From a virus (taxonomy: Duplodnaviria > Caudoviricetes): 64,000 nt of DNA. The translations under genes and the position numbers were made by a program. Under the pieces are notes generated by a model. That model was not told the DNA's origin. It did not search any database and saw nothing but the letters and a program-made list of their open reading frames with translations. Shown in pieces: positions 19,785 through 28,858 of this stretch. Position 1 is the stretch's first letter. Each line of letters opens with the position of its first letter. The stretch is taken from positions 1 through 64,000 of the IMG/VR virus record IMGVR_UViG_2551306162_000001. One strand, written 5' to 3'.

Positions 19785-20159
19785 TCAGCCGCGAGGGCGG
19801 CGATAGGAGAGGCGCACGGTAGCGGTGACGCCGCGGTCGTCGCGCCGCAGAGGCGGCATGAATCGGCCACCGGTCTGCTCGTCGGCGGTGTCGATCAGGT
19901 AGCCGCCCGGCGCGGTGTTGCCGGCGGCGAGGATGCGTTCCTGCCCGGCCGAGCGCATCGCCTTGGATGCCTCGCGGGTGGCGGCGACGTACTCGATGTC
20001 GATCACCGGGGCGTCGACGATCTCGGTGGCTCGGCCGCCGACGCGGGTGACGAAGATGTACGGGGCCTCGATCTGGTCGGATTCGAAGGTCACGACGGGG
20101 GCGATGTCGTCGAGCAGGGCCCGCATGACCTCGTCGAACTCGGGAAACGGGGGCATCAT
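19785..20159 (-). CDS. Tail terminator
   Basis: VTRVGG motif and position. Confidence 0.75.
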   Translation of the reverse strand: MMPPFPEFDEVMRALLDDIAPVVTFESDQIEAPYIFVTRVGGRATEIVDAPVIDIEYVAATREASKAMRSAGQERILAAGNTAPGGYLIDTADEQTGGRFMPPLRRDDRGVTATVRLSYRRPRG

Positions 20160-20161
20160 GC

Positions 20162-20467
20162 TCAGCCCTCCACGTCTCGGATGAAGTCGCGCATCACATG
20201 CTCGGGACGGTTGAAGCGGGTGCCGTGCTCACGGAAGCGGGCGTAATAGCCCCAGGCCAGCACGATCCCCTCCAGGACAGGTGCGTCCTCGGCGGCCTGG
20301 ACGTAGGCCTCGATGTGGGTGGCGTTGAAGCCGGTCTTCCAGCGGACGCTGCGCGTCCACCTGTCCGCGCCCTGCTCGGCGACCTCCTGCAGGAAGTCGC
20401 CCAGTTCGGCGCTGTCCTGCAGGAAGATGTCGAGGTCGTGGTCACTGCCGTCGAACTCCACTGCCAC
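20162..20467 (-). CDS. Neck protein (HK97 gp10-like)
   Basis: KTG...YARFREHGT. Confidence 0.7.
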   Translation of the reverse strand: MAVEFDGSDHDLDIFLQDSAELGDFLQEVAEQGADRWTRSVRWKTGFNATHIEAYVQAAEDAPVLEGIVLAWGYYARFREHGTRFNRPEHVMRDFIRDVEG

Positions 20468-20819
20468 CGTCCTTCGCGATCACGAAGCGCACGCCGGCCA
20501 CCCAGCCGGTGAACCCGTTGGGTGCCAAGCGGACCTGGCCGTCGATGACGAAGACGCGGCCGTCGGGCAGCCGGATACGGTCGCCGTCGAGGACGTCGGA
20601 GCCGACCGGCGCGGTCACGCGCGCGGTCAGGGTGAGCTGCTCGCCGGAGGTGTTGTCCTCGCTGTCGGTCAGCCACTTCAGGTCGCAGGGGCCGATCTGG
20701 TGCTCGGTTTCGGCGGCGGCGACCAGGTCGCCTTGCCAGTCGCGGGCGTTCGCGGTGCCGGTGCGGATGACGGTGAGCATCGTCCCGCCCGGATATCGGG
20801 GGGCTGGGTAGTTCACCAT
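20442..20819 (-). CDS. Head-to-tail stopper
   Basis: DVLDGDRIRL...FVIDG. Confidence 0.75.
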   Translation of the reverse strand: MVNYPAPRYPGGTMLTVIRTGTANARDWQGDLVAAAETEHQIGPCDLKWLTDSEDNTSGEQLTLTARVTAPVGSDVLDGDRIRLPDGRVFVIDGQVRLAPNGFTGWVAGVRFVIAKDGGSGVRRQ

Positions 20820-21238
20820 GTGTTCGGGCTCCGGGAGGCGAGTCCGGCGTTGCGCAGGATCAGCAGGGCGGCCGTGTGCAGGCGGTTGAGTGCCTGGTCG
20901 ATCTCGGCGCCGGTGATGGTGTCGCCGTAGGTGACCGAGCCGCCGTCGGCGGTCTGGGAGGCGATGGCGAGTTCGCGGCCGACGCTGCCGGCGGCCGGGT
21001 CGATGCCGGCGAGCGACCACATCGCGGCCTGCGCGCAGGTCGCGTCCCGGAATGCTTCAGCGACGACGGTGTCGGCGGGCAGGCCGGTGGGGTCGGTGTC
21101 GTAGCGGTCGCACATGGTGGCGCGGCGCACCAGGATCGACGCGAACCGGATCAGCAGGGCGGCGTTGGCGGGTACCGTGCCGGTCAGCCAGGCGCCGTCG
21201 ATCAGGTCGTCGGGTGCGGCGTAGATCAGCACGGCCAT
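20813..21238 (-). CDS. Head-to-tail adaptor
   Basis: YAAPDDL...DATCAQA...LRNAGL. Confidence 0.8.
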   Translation of the reverse strand: MAVLIYAAPDDLIDGAWLTGTVPANAALLIRFASILVRRATMCDRYDTDPTGLPADTVVAEAFRDATCAQAAMWSLAGIDPAAGSVGRELAIASQTADGGSVTYGDTITGAEIDQALNRLHTAALLILRNAGLASRSPNTW

Positions 21239-21241
21239 CGC

Positions 21242-21505
21242 TCAGGACGCCTTGGCGCCGCGCCGGGCCGCAGTCGACTTGGCCGCGGGCTTCGCCTCCG
21301 GTTCCGGTTGAGGCTCGGGGGCCTCGTCGGAGTCGCCGACCGGCTCCGGCTCGGACTCGGGGGCTGGCGGCGGGACGGGAGCGGGCTTCGGCTTGGCCGG
21401 TGCGGGGATCTCGGTCCACCACGCCCAGTCGAGCAGATCCGGCCGCGGGTCCTCGGACTCGATGACCCAATCGGGATCGTGCAGGTATCGATAGAAATAG
21501 GGCAC
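21242..21505 (-). CDS. Hypothetical protein (Pro/Glu-rich tail)
   Basis: GTG after GGAG; follows the capsid gene. Confidence 0.6.
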   Translation of the reverse strand: MPYFYRYLHDPDWVIESEDPRPDLLDWAWWTEIPAPAKPKPAPVPPPAPESEPEPVGDSDEAPEPQPEPEAKPAAKSTAARRGAKAS

Positions 21506-21575
21506 TACGGCTCTCCAGAGGTGTTGGCAGGCAGCCACTCCCCCGCGCCGCCCCAAGGACGGCGCGGGGTGGCTA

Positions 21576-22499
21576 TCAGGCCTGCAGCGGGCCGCGCAGC
21601 AGCACGGAGCGGTTGGCGTCCAGCGTCGACACGCCGTAGAGGATGTCGAAGCTGATGACGTCCTTCTTGTACTTCTGGTCGTAGGCGCGGGTCACACGCA
21701 GGCTGATGCCCTTGTACGACTCGATCGCGTACCAGTGCTGGCCGTCGAGCGGGCGCGGCATCGGCACCGAAGTGAAGGTCCACGCCGACTCGTGGAAGCA
21801 CAGACCGACCTCGGTGGTCGGCTGGCCCGACGCCGGAGACGTCGCCGGCTGCACGATGTTCTGCGTCATGTAGGCGTCGACACCGAACAGGTTGCGGCCG
21901 ATCGAGCCCTGACGCAGCGCCTCGGTCGAACCGGACTGGTCGGCGCGCTTCAGCAGATCGGAGTTCAGCCACTTCGCGCGGGCGGTCGGGCCCACGACAG
22001 CGTGACGGCCCATGGTGGGCACGTTCTTGATGTCGAGCTGGCGGCCCGCCTCGATCAGGACCTCCGGCTTGTCCCACTCGAAACCGGCCGGGGTGACGCC
22101 GGCGAACTGGGTCGTGTTGGCCTTGATGTGGGCGATGATCGCGCGGTCGACGTGCTGGGCCAGGGCCTCAGCCGCGGGCGCGGCGATCTGGGTCTCCATC
22201 GACTCCAGCTCCAGCAGCGCCTGCTCAGAGGTGACCTCGAGCGAGACGTCGGCGATCTTGTCGAGCTTGACGGGCACGCTCGACTCGGTCGCATCCTGGA
22301 TCTGGATGCCGTTGGCCCGGTTGAACAGCGACGCGGTCAGGACGGCCGGCTTGCGGACGTTGACGGTGTCGCCGACCTTGGCGTTGGTGAACTCGGAGCT
22401 GTAGCCGGTGTGGACCAGCGGCAGCATCACGAGATTTTCGTACAGGTTCGCGAGAACCTGACGCGCGATAACATCGGGCGTCAGGAAAGTGTTAGCCAA
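21576..22499 (-). CDS. Major capsid protein (P22 coat-like)
   Basis: ANTFLTP, VGDTVNVRKP and FDILYG motifs. Confidence 0.92.
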   Translation of the reverse strand: MANTFLTPDVIARQVLANLYENLVMLPLVHTGYSSEFTNAKVGDTVNVRKPAVLTASLFNRANGIQIQDATESSVPVKLDKIADVSLEVTSEQALLELESMETQIAAPAAEALAQHVDRAIIAHIKANTTQFAGVTPAGFEWDKPEVLIEAGRQLDIKNVPTMGRHAVVGPTARAKWLNSDLLKRADQSGSTEALRQGSIGRNLFGVDAYMTQNIVQPATSPASGQPTTEVGLCFHESAWTFTSVPMPRPLDGQHWYAIESYKGISLRVTRAYDQKYKKDVISFDILYGVSTLDANRSVLLRGPLQA

Positions 22500-22513
22500 C
22501 TTGGGCTCCTATT

Positions 22514-23254
22514 TCAGAACCCGTCGCGTTCGCGCTTTTCGCGCTTCGCCTGACGGATTTCATCGACGGTGGGGTTGCCGCGCGTCTTGGACGCGGCATT
22601 GCCTCCGGAGAGGTCTCCGCCGCTGCGAGGAGCCGCCGCCTGGGCAGCCGTCTTCTTCAGCTTCGGATTGGACTCGACGGCCGCAGAAACGACTTCCGCC
22701 ACCTGGGCCAGGTAGTCGTCGGCATTCGTGTCGAGTTTCGCGACGGCCTCGGTGACCTTGCGGGAATCGAGGATCGCGTCGAGGTCGCCATCGTTCGCCT
22801 TCGCGGCGGCCGAAATGGCGTCTTTGCGTGCGTATTCGCGGAGCTTCTCGGCGAAGGAGTCGCGTTCGGCAGCGAAGTCCGCTGCCTGCTTCTCGGCGGC
22901 CTTGAGCAGCTCGGCGGGGTCGGGTTCGGCCGGGTCGAGGCCGAGGGTTTCGCGCAGCTTCTCCACGAGCTCGGTGGTGGCCTTCTTCGCGGCTTCCTGA
23001 GCTGCGGCTTCGGCCTTCTCGTTGCCCTTCACGCGGTTGGCGGCAGCTTCCTTGCGGAGCTTGTCGACCTCGCGGTTGAGGCGAGCGATCTCGGGATCGG
23101 CTTCGGTCTTGGTCGACTCGGTGTCGGCCTGGGTGGTCTCGGTGACCTGATCATCGCCACCGGGCGCCTGGGTTTCCGTTTCCGTGGTCGACGCCTCGGT
23201 GGCGTCGCTGGTTCCGGTCGTGGTGCTTTCCTGAGTGGTGGCTTCGTCAGCCAT
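22514..23254 (-). CDS. Scaffolding protein
   Basis: Acidic Thr-rich N-terminus, LRKEAAANR coiled coil, SGGD. Confidence 0.85.
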   Translation of the reverse strand: MADEATTQESTTTGTSDATEASTTETETQAPGGDDQVTETTQADTESTKTEADPEIARLNREVDKLRKEAAANRVKGNEKAEAAAQEAAKKATTELVEKLRETLGLDPAEPDPAELLKAAEKQAADFAAERDSFAEKLREYARKDAISAAAKANDGDLDAILDSRKVTEAVAKLDTNADDYLAQVAEVVSAAVESNPKLKKTAAQAAAPRSGGDLSGGNAASKTRGNPTVDEIRQAKREKRERDGF

Positions 23255-23321
23255 GAATGTGCCTCCTGGACACGCAGAAACACCCGTCGGCAACCTGGCC
23301 AATACGGGTGTTGAAATGACG

Positions 23322-23355
23322 AAACCCCCAGGGCCACAGGCCAGAACTGGGGGTC
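23322..23355 (-). terminator. Hairpin/terminator after tRNA cluster 1
   Basis: ACCCCCAG/CTGGGGGT stem followed by a T-rich run. Confidence 0.5.
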
Positions 23356-23396
23356 GGAAGTACCCGCTGTCGCGGGAAGTGTTCAGTTATTCGGAG

Positions 23397-23478
23397 CGGA
23401 AGTTAAAGGACTCGAACCCTGCGGCATTCACCGCCCCCGGCTTTCAAGGCCGGTTTTTCCCCTGCGGAGGTAACTTCC
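23397..23478 (-). tRNA. tRNA-Ser(TGA), atypical 8/4 fold
   Basis: CCGGC-CTTGAAA-GCCGG anticodon arm, long variable arm, TTCGAGT loop, G73. Confidence 0.8.
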
Positions 23479-23481
23479 ATT

Positions 23482-23556
23482 TGGCTGGCCCGCCAGGATT
23501 CGAACCTGGACGAAGAGAGTCAGAATCTCTCATGCTGCCGATTACATTACGGGCCG
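23482..23556 (-). tRNA. tRNA-Gln(CTG)
   Basis: Full cloverleaf with encoded CCA. Confidence 0.93.
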
Positions 23557-23560
23557 ATAG

Positions 23561-23631
23561 CAGGCTCGCCAGGTTTCGAACCTGGACTCACCGAGTCAAA
23601 GTCGGGCGTGCTGCCGTTACACCACGAGCCT
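23561..23631 (-). tRNA. tRNA-Gln(TTG)
   Basis: Full cloverleaf, CT-TTG-AC loop. Confidence 0.92.
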
Positions 23632-23639
23632 CGGGAAGG

Positions 23640-23912
23640 CTAGCGGGATTGGCCCATGAACAGTGCCCACAGCTGCTCCTGCGCCGCACGGGCGCGGGAG
23701 CCATCGAGCTGGGACGCGAACTCGGCGCGGGCGCGCTCGATCAGTTCCGCCGGCACCGTCGGTGCCGCTTCGGCGACCCGGTTCAGTGCGAAGCTGACCT
23801 CGACGTCGTAGGGCTCGGAGGACACACGCATGCCGCGGGTGGCGGCCTCCAACGAGATGTCGAACTGGCGGCGCAGATCCGCCGGCGACACCGACACGGG
23901 CTTCGTCCTCAC
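23640..23912 (-). CDS. Hypothetical protein, putative immunity protein for the MuF toxin
   Basis: 90 aa; GTGA overlap with the muf stop. Confidence 0.6.
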   Translation of the reverse strand: MRTKPVSVSPADLRRQFDISLEAATRGMRVSSEPYDVEVSFALNRVAEAAPTVPAELIERARAEFASQLDGSRARAAQEQLWALFMGQSR

Positions 23913-25660
23913 GGTGCACCTCCTCCGAGTTCGTCCATCAGCAGCTTGTACAGGACTTTAGCAGGGGCGCTGGCGTTGTCGCCGTTGTTTTTCACGTCGG
24001 TGAACGCCTCGGCGAGCGCTTCGGGCGGGTTCACTGAGCCGTCGCGGAAGGAGTATCCGCTGAGCTTGTGCAGCCAGGCCGATAGCAGCGCCTCACGCTG
24101 TTCGAAGGTGAGGTTCGGGTCCAGCTGGTGGGTATTGAAGAAGTGGTTGTACAGCGCCATGACCGCGTTCATGCGTGGACGCTGCTGGGCCTGGTTGTCG
24201 AGTACGTGGGCCCACTCGTGCACGATCGTGGAGTACACCGGTCGGCGGCTGCTGTTGGGGGTGTGCCAGCCGCGGTTCTCACTGCCCTGCTTACTTGCCA
24301 GAAAGAGGGCGTAGCTGCGAGCGAAGCGCAGGTTCAGCACCATCTCGGTGGAGCCGCCGTTCTGGAGCACGTCGGGGGCTTGGCGTACAAAGGCCAGGAC
24401 GTAGCGAGGATCGGCGGCGACGTCCTGAGGGACTTCCCCGATCCGAACTGCGTCGAGCCGAGCGCTCGGGTATTCGGCGATCATGTCTTCCAGGGCGCGG
24501 GCATACTCCTGGGCGACAGCGAGATCGACTCCCTTGGTGTCGAACCCGGTGACCTCGAAGCCGTGGCGTTGCCGCAGGATCTCGCCGACTTCGGCGGGGG
24601 TGCGGGCGTCGTCGTACGGCGACGGCGGGATCTGCTGTGCGGTCAGGGTGCGGCGGGCTGCGCGCTCCTTCAGCCGGCGCGCCAGGATCGGGTCGGCGCC
24701 GGTGGTCATCGCGTCGACGCGGGCGGTGACGCGGTCGCTACGTTGCGCGGCAGCGGCGGCGCGGCGGCGGGTGCGTACGGCTTCGCTGACGCGGATCGCG
24801 CGCGGCGGGGCGGGGTTGTCCGGCGTCCACACGCGGATGGTGTGGCGGCAGTTCGGGTGGAACAGGCCGCGGGCGCGGGCTTCGGCGAGCGAGCACATGA
24901 CCTCGACCCGGACGGTTCGGCCGGTGCTGTTGTCGCGGGCGATCGCGCCGGCGGTGCTGCCGGTGATCGAGATGACCTTGCCCTCGAACGGCCTGCATAC
25001 CTCGCAGGCGCCGGGGACATCGGAGACGATGAACAGGTCATAGCCGGTCGCGACGAGCTGTGCCATGTAGCCGTCGATTTCGGCTTCGCTGATGGCGCCC
25101 CGGATCTGGGCCTCGACGTAGGCGACGAGTTCGCGGCGGCGGCCGCGCTGGTCGATCAGGCCGGTGAATCCGCGGCGGGCTTCTCGGCGCATGATGCGGT
25201 CCAGGGTGCGTCGGTGGGTGCCGGCGTCGTCGACGCGTTCGTCACGGACGGCTTCCTCAGCGGCGCGGCGCACGGTCTGCTCGGCGGTGCGGGGCAGGCC
25301 GCGGTTGACATCGTCGAGGGCTTCCAGGACGCGGTCGATGATCGCGCGGGTGCGGCGGTCGTCGGTGTGTGCCCGCCGGGAGCCGATGTCGTCGCGGGCG
25401 GCGGCGGTGCCGTCGGCCCAGGCGCGTTCGATCGCCTCCTGCACGAGCGCGGGTGCGCGGTCTCCGGCGTCGGCGACGATGCGGCGGACCTGCTTGCGGA
25501 AGCTGGGCAGGGCGCTCAGGATCCGCAGCAGCCAGCGGCGGCCGAAGCCGTCCAGTCCGAGGATGCGGGCGATCGTCTTCCACAGGGCGAGCTCGACCAC
25601 CTTGTACAGGCGCACGAGCGGTCCGGCGCCGCGGTCACCGTTGGACGGGGTGAGAGGCAT
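23909..25660 (-). CDS. MuF-like minor capsid protein with C-terminal HEXXH metallopeptidase
   Basis: C..C.PFEGK...GLFHPNCRH MuF motif; HEWAH...EALAEAF. Confidence 0.85.
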   Translation of the reverse strand: MPLTPSNGDRGAGPLVRLYKVVELALWKTIARILGLDGFGRRWLLRILSALPSFRKQVRRIVADAGDRAPALVQEAIERAWADGTAAARDDIGSRRAHTDDRRTRAIIDRVLEALDDVNRGLPRTAEQTVRRAAEEAVRDERVDDAGTHRRTLDRIMRREARRGFTGLIDQRGRRRELVAYVEAQIRGAISEAEIDGYMAQLVATGYDLFIVSDVPGACEVCRPFEGKVISITGSTAGAIARDNSTGRTVRVEVMCSLAEARARGLFHPNCRHTIRVWTPDNPAPPRAIRVSEAVRTRRRAAAAAQRSDRVTARVDAMTTGADPILARRLKERAARRTLTAQQIPPSPYDDARTPAEVGEILRQRHGFEVTGFDTKGVDLAVAQEYARALEDMIAEYPSARLDAVRIGEVPQDVAADPRYVLAFVRQAPDVLQNGGSTEMVLNLRFARSYALFLASKQGSENRGWHTPNSSRRPVYSTIVHEWAHVLDNQAQQRPRMNAVMALYNHFFNTHQLDPNLTFEQREALLSAWLHKLSGYSFRDGSVNPPEALAEAFTDVKNNGDNASAPAKVLYKLLMDELGGGAP

Positions 25661-27288
25661 CAGACCTCCGCGTCGTCGTCCGGCTTCTTCGTCGGGGCAG
25701 GTTTGCCAGCGGGCTGGCCGAAGGGGTCCTGGCCGTCGCCGGCGGGGTCGAACTCGGCGGTGTGGTCGGGCACCATGACCTCGACCTCGTCCTTGATCCG
25801 GGCGACCTCTTCGTCGACCTCGTCGTTGGACCAGTTCGGGTGTGCTTCCCGGACGGCGGTCTCGATCGACATGGCCTGCGCGGCACGGAAGTTCGCGATG
25901 GACTGCGACAGCGACAGCAGGTCCTGGTCCACGCGGACCGGGAACTTCATCTCCGGGTCGGCGGTGATCGTGTAGCTGCCGCCGTAGATGGCGCGGTCCA
26001 GCTCGAGCATGACGCGGGCCAGCGGTTGCACCGCGGCCTGCCAGTAGAGGATCTTGCGGGCGCGGGTGCGCGCGGAGCGATCCTTGCGGGCCGAGACCTC
26101 GGTAGCGGTGATCGCCGCGGTCTCGCCGTCTTCGTCGAAATCACCCGCGCTGTAGCCGGCGGCGCGCAGGATCTGCTTGAGCAGCTTCTCGCAGGTCGCG
26201 GCATGCTCCTCGACACGGATCGCGAACTGCTCGGCCTGAACGAGGCGGGTGCCCTTCTCGTCGTTGAGCGCGGCGCCGTCGGCGGGCACGCCGGTGAAGA
26301 TCTCGCGTTCCTTGTCGAACATCGAACCGGCGCCGGGCCCTTGGTCCTCGAGCAGTTCCTGGGAGACGAACAACCGGGCCTTGGCCAGGTCGAGGTCACG
26401 CATCCATGACGACCACGCCTCATCCAGCGCGTCGAAGAGGTGCTCGACGCCTTCGAAGTCGCTACGGCCGAGTGGGGACAGGCCGGGTACGTTGCGCCAG
26501 CGGCGGGCCGGACGCACGTTGGGGACGTAGCAGGCAGTCAGGTCCTCGACGCCGGTCGGGATCGAGGATTCGGCGTCGACGAGGTCCGCGGCCCATGCGG
26601 TGGCGTCCATCTCGGCCAGCGGCATCCGGCGGCCGATGTTGTCGTCGTCGCCGCAGAACAGCGCGTGCTCGATGCGGCCGGGTTCGTGGTGCTCGAGGTG
26701 GCGCCAGGTGCCGCGCTTGTCCTTGCCGACGATGGTCCAGAACGTCACCGCGTGCAGGCGGCCGTAGCGCCATTGCGGGATCGCGCAGTCGGGGGCGACC
26801 GCGCTGATCATGACCTTGTCGGTGGCTTCCTGGTCCCACCACAGGCGCAGGAACACCCCGCCGAGGGCGGCCTGGATTTCGGCGGCTTCGAGGAATATGG
26901 CGAGGGTGTCGGCGTCGTCGAGCAGCGTGTTGAGGCGTTCCTGCGCGGCTTCGTTGTCGCTGGTGTCGCCCTCGGAGAAAAGCCACGACGGCGGCTGCCC
27001 GAACAGCAGGTCGGCGCTGGTGGTTGCCAGGTCCGACGGGGCCGGGATGTGCAGGCGGGCCGTGTCCTCCTGCAGGACCGGGCGGCCCCACCAGAATCGA
27101 GCCAGCCGGCCGACGATCCCGCCGCGGAACTGCGATGGGCGCGGGTTGGGGATCAGTCCGCCGGGGCGGTAGATCTCCTGCAGGGCCTCGGTGTCGCCTT
27201 CCCACCAGGCCGAGTGGACGAAGTAGCCGTCTTGGGCGGTGTCCCAGGGCTTCGGCGGGAACTTGCCGGAGAATTCGGGCAGCGCCAT
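25660..27288 (-). CDS. Portal protein (SPP1 gp6-like)
   Basis: LGRSDF, IRVEEH, TATEV and HPNWS.DEVDEEVARI. Confidence 0.92.
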   Translation of the reverse strand: MALPEFSGKFPPKPWDTAQDGYFVHSAWWEGDTEALQEIYRPGGLIPNPRPSQFRGGIVGRLARFWWGRPVLQEDTARLHIPAPSDLATTSADLLFGQPPSWLFSEGDTSDNEAAQERLNTLLDDADTLAIFLEAAEIQAALGGVFLRLWWDQEATDKVMISAVAPDCAIPQWRYGRLHAVTFWTIVGKDKRGTWRHLEHHEPGRIEHALFCGDDDNIGRRMPLAEMDATAWAADLVDAESSIPTGVEDLTACYVPNVRPARRWRNVPGLSPLGRSDFEGVEHLFDALDEAWSSWMRDLDLAKARLFVSQELLEDQGPGAGSMFDKEREIFTGVPADGAALNDEKGTRLVQAEQFAIRVEEHAATCEKLLKQILRAAGYSAGDFDEDGETAAITATEVSARKDRSARTRARKILYWQAAVQPLARVMLELDRAIYGGSYTITADPEMKFPVRVDQDLLSLSQSIANFRAAQAMSIETAVREAHPNWSNDEVDEEVARIKDEVEVMVPDHTAEFDPAGDGQDPFGQPAGKPAPTKKPDDDAEV

Positions 27289-27359
27289 GCCACCTCCAAA
27301 GGGTGTCAGCGCGCCGGATTCAGGCGGACGCTATGAAGTTGGGGGTGCGGCGGGAGCCG

Positions 27360-28559
27360 TCAGAACACGTTGAGGTTCGACCAGCCGCGCTGGTTGTGTG
27401 CGCCGACCATGAGGCCGAGCATTCCGGCGGGTGACCACACGCCGTACTGGTTGAGCATGTACTCCGAGGAGCGCTCGGCTTCGAGTGCCGGGCAGCCGAA
27501 CAGTGTGCGGCCTTCGAATTCCTGAGAGTAGAAGTGGTGGTAGTGCGCGGTGAAGAACAGCGAGGTCTCGCCAAGCTGTTCGGTGCGGCCGAGGATCTGG
27601 CGCTCGATCGCGTTGCGGGTGCGGGTTTCGCTGGAGGAGCCGCGCCCCTTCTCGATGTAGCCGTGGGAGAAGTAGCAGTCCACGCCCGAGAGTGTCAGGG
27701 TGATCGCGGGGTCGCCGGCGCCGATGTGCCAATCGATGGCCGGCGCTGCGCCGTGTTCGGCGAGTTCGTCGAACAGCTTGCGGACCTGTCGCGCGATGTG
27801 GGTGGAGGCATTGTCACCCTGGCTGGTGACCGGCTCCTTCGACCCGTTGCGGGTCCATTCGCCGTGGTTGGAGATGACCGACGAGACCGACAGTGGCAGG
27901 CCGAGCGAGGCGGCTTCCTTGATCGTCCACACGCGCAGGTCGAAGTCGAGTTCGAGCTGCCGCGACATGTTCAGCTCCACCGTGTGGGGCTGGTTGCCGT
28001 AGTTGTTGCAGACGCCCTCGGTTTCGTCGCCCATAAACGCGACGTGCACGCCGGCGAGTTCTGGTGCGAGCATTTGCGCGAGCACCAGGTGCGCTTCGAC
28101 GCCGCGGCGCCAGTTCGCGACGGCTTCCTCGGTGCCCTTCTTCCCGAGCTGGGGGTCAGCGACGAGGATCACGTATGTGCTGCCGTCGCGCCGCTGTACT
28201 GGTCTCGGCAGCGGGTGCGCGCGCAGGGCTTCCTGCCAGGCCGCCAACGTTTCCGGGGAAACATCGGTGGACCTGCGGCGACGGAATCGGGCGCTGTAAG
28301 CGTAGAGCTGGACGACATCACGGGTGCCGTTGTCGAGGCCCTTGGACTGCTGCCAGGTCGACATTCGGACGGTGTCGTCGACAACCTCGAATTCGGTCGC
28401 GTCCAGATTGAACAGCGCGAATACCGTCGACCAGTCGTCATTGATCGGGCCGTCGACGACGACGTTGTTGACGGTTGCGCCGTCGCTGGTGACGTCGATC
28501 GAGCCTTTGTTGATCGGGTCGCGGCTTGCGAGGTTCGCGACGTCGTCGGCCAGGCTCAC
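27360..28559 (-). CDS. Calcineurin-like metallophosphoesterase / exonuclease
   Basis: ADPQLGK, GDETEG, SNHG, SHG and AHYHH. Confidence 0.8.
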   Translation of the reverse strand: MSLADDVANLASRDPINKGSIDVTSDGATVNNVVVDGPINDDWSTVFALFNLDATEFEVVDDTVRMSTWQQSKGLDNGTRDVVQLYAYSARFRRRRSTDVSPETLAAWQEALRAHPLPRPVQRRDGSTYVILVADPQLGKKGTEEAVANWRRGVEAHLVLAQMLAPELAGVHVAFMGDETEGVCNNYGNQPHTVELNMSRQLELDFDLRVWTIKEAASLGLPLSVSSVISNHGEWTRNGSKEPVTSQGDNASTHIARQVRKLFDELAEHGAAPAIDWHIGAGDPAITLTLSGVDCYFSHGYIEKGRGSSSETRTRNAIERQILGRTEQLGETSLFFTAHYHHFYSQEFEGRTLFGCPALEAERSSEYMLNQYGVWSPAGMLGLMVGAHNQRGWSNLNVF

Positions 28560-28801
28560 GCGGCGGCCTCCCCGGTGTAGCAGCCGCACCGGTTACGGCA
28601 GTGGGCACGGAAGCGGGTCTCGGCGGCGTCACAGCCGTGCCGGACGGCGACGCGCCACAGATCGGACACCGGTCGGCCGCTGGCCAGATGCGTCTGGAAC
28701 GCCGCGCGGTCGGCGTCGTCGAGCTGGGCCAGCCACACACCGGTTTTGCACAGCACCGGCTCGCGGCGAGCGACCTCGCTCAGATCGTCGGCGAAAGACA
28801 T
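28556..28801 (-). CDS. Small Cys/His-rich protein
   Basis: CKTG...HCRNRCGC; overlaps the phosphoesterase start. Confidence 0.7.
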   Translation of the reverse strand: MSFADDLSEVARREPVLCKTGVWLAQLDDADRAAFQTHLASGRPVSDLWRVAVRHGCDAAETRFRAHCRNRCGCYTGEAAA

Positions 28802-28858
28802 TCCAGCCTCCAAGATCGATTTACATCAATCGTAAAAGTGGAGGCAAACCCGGAATTT

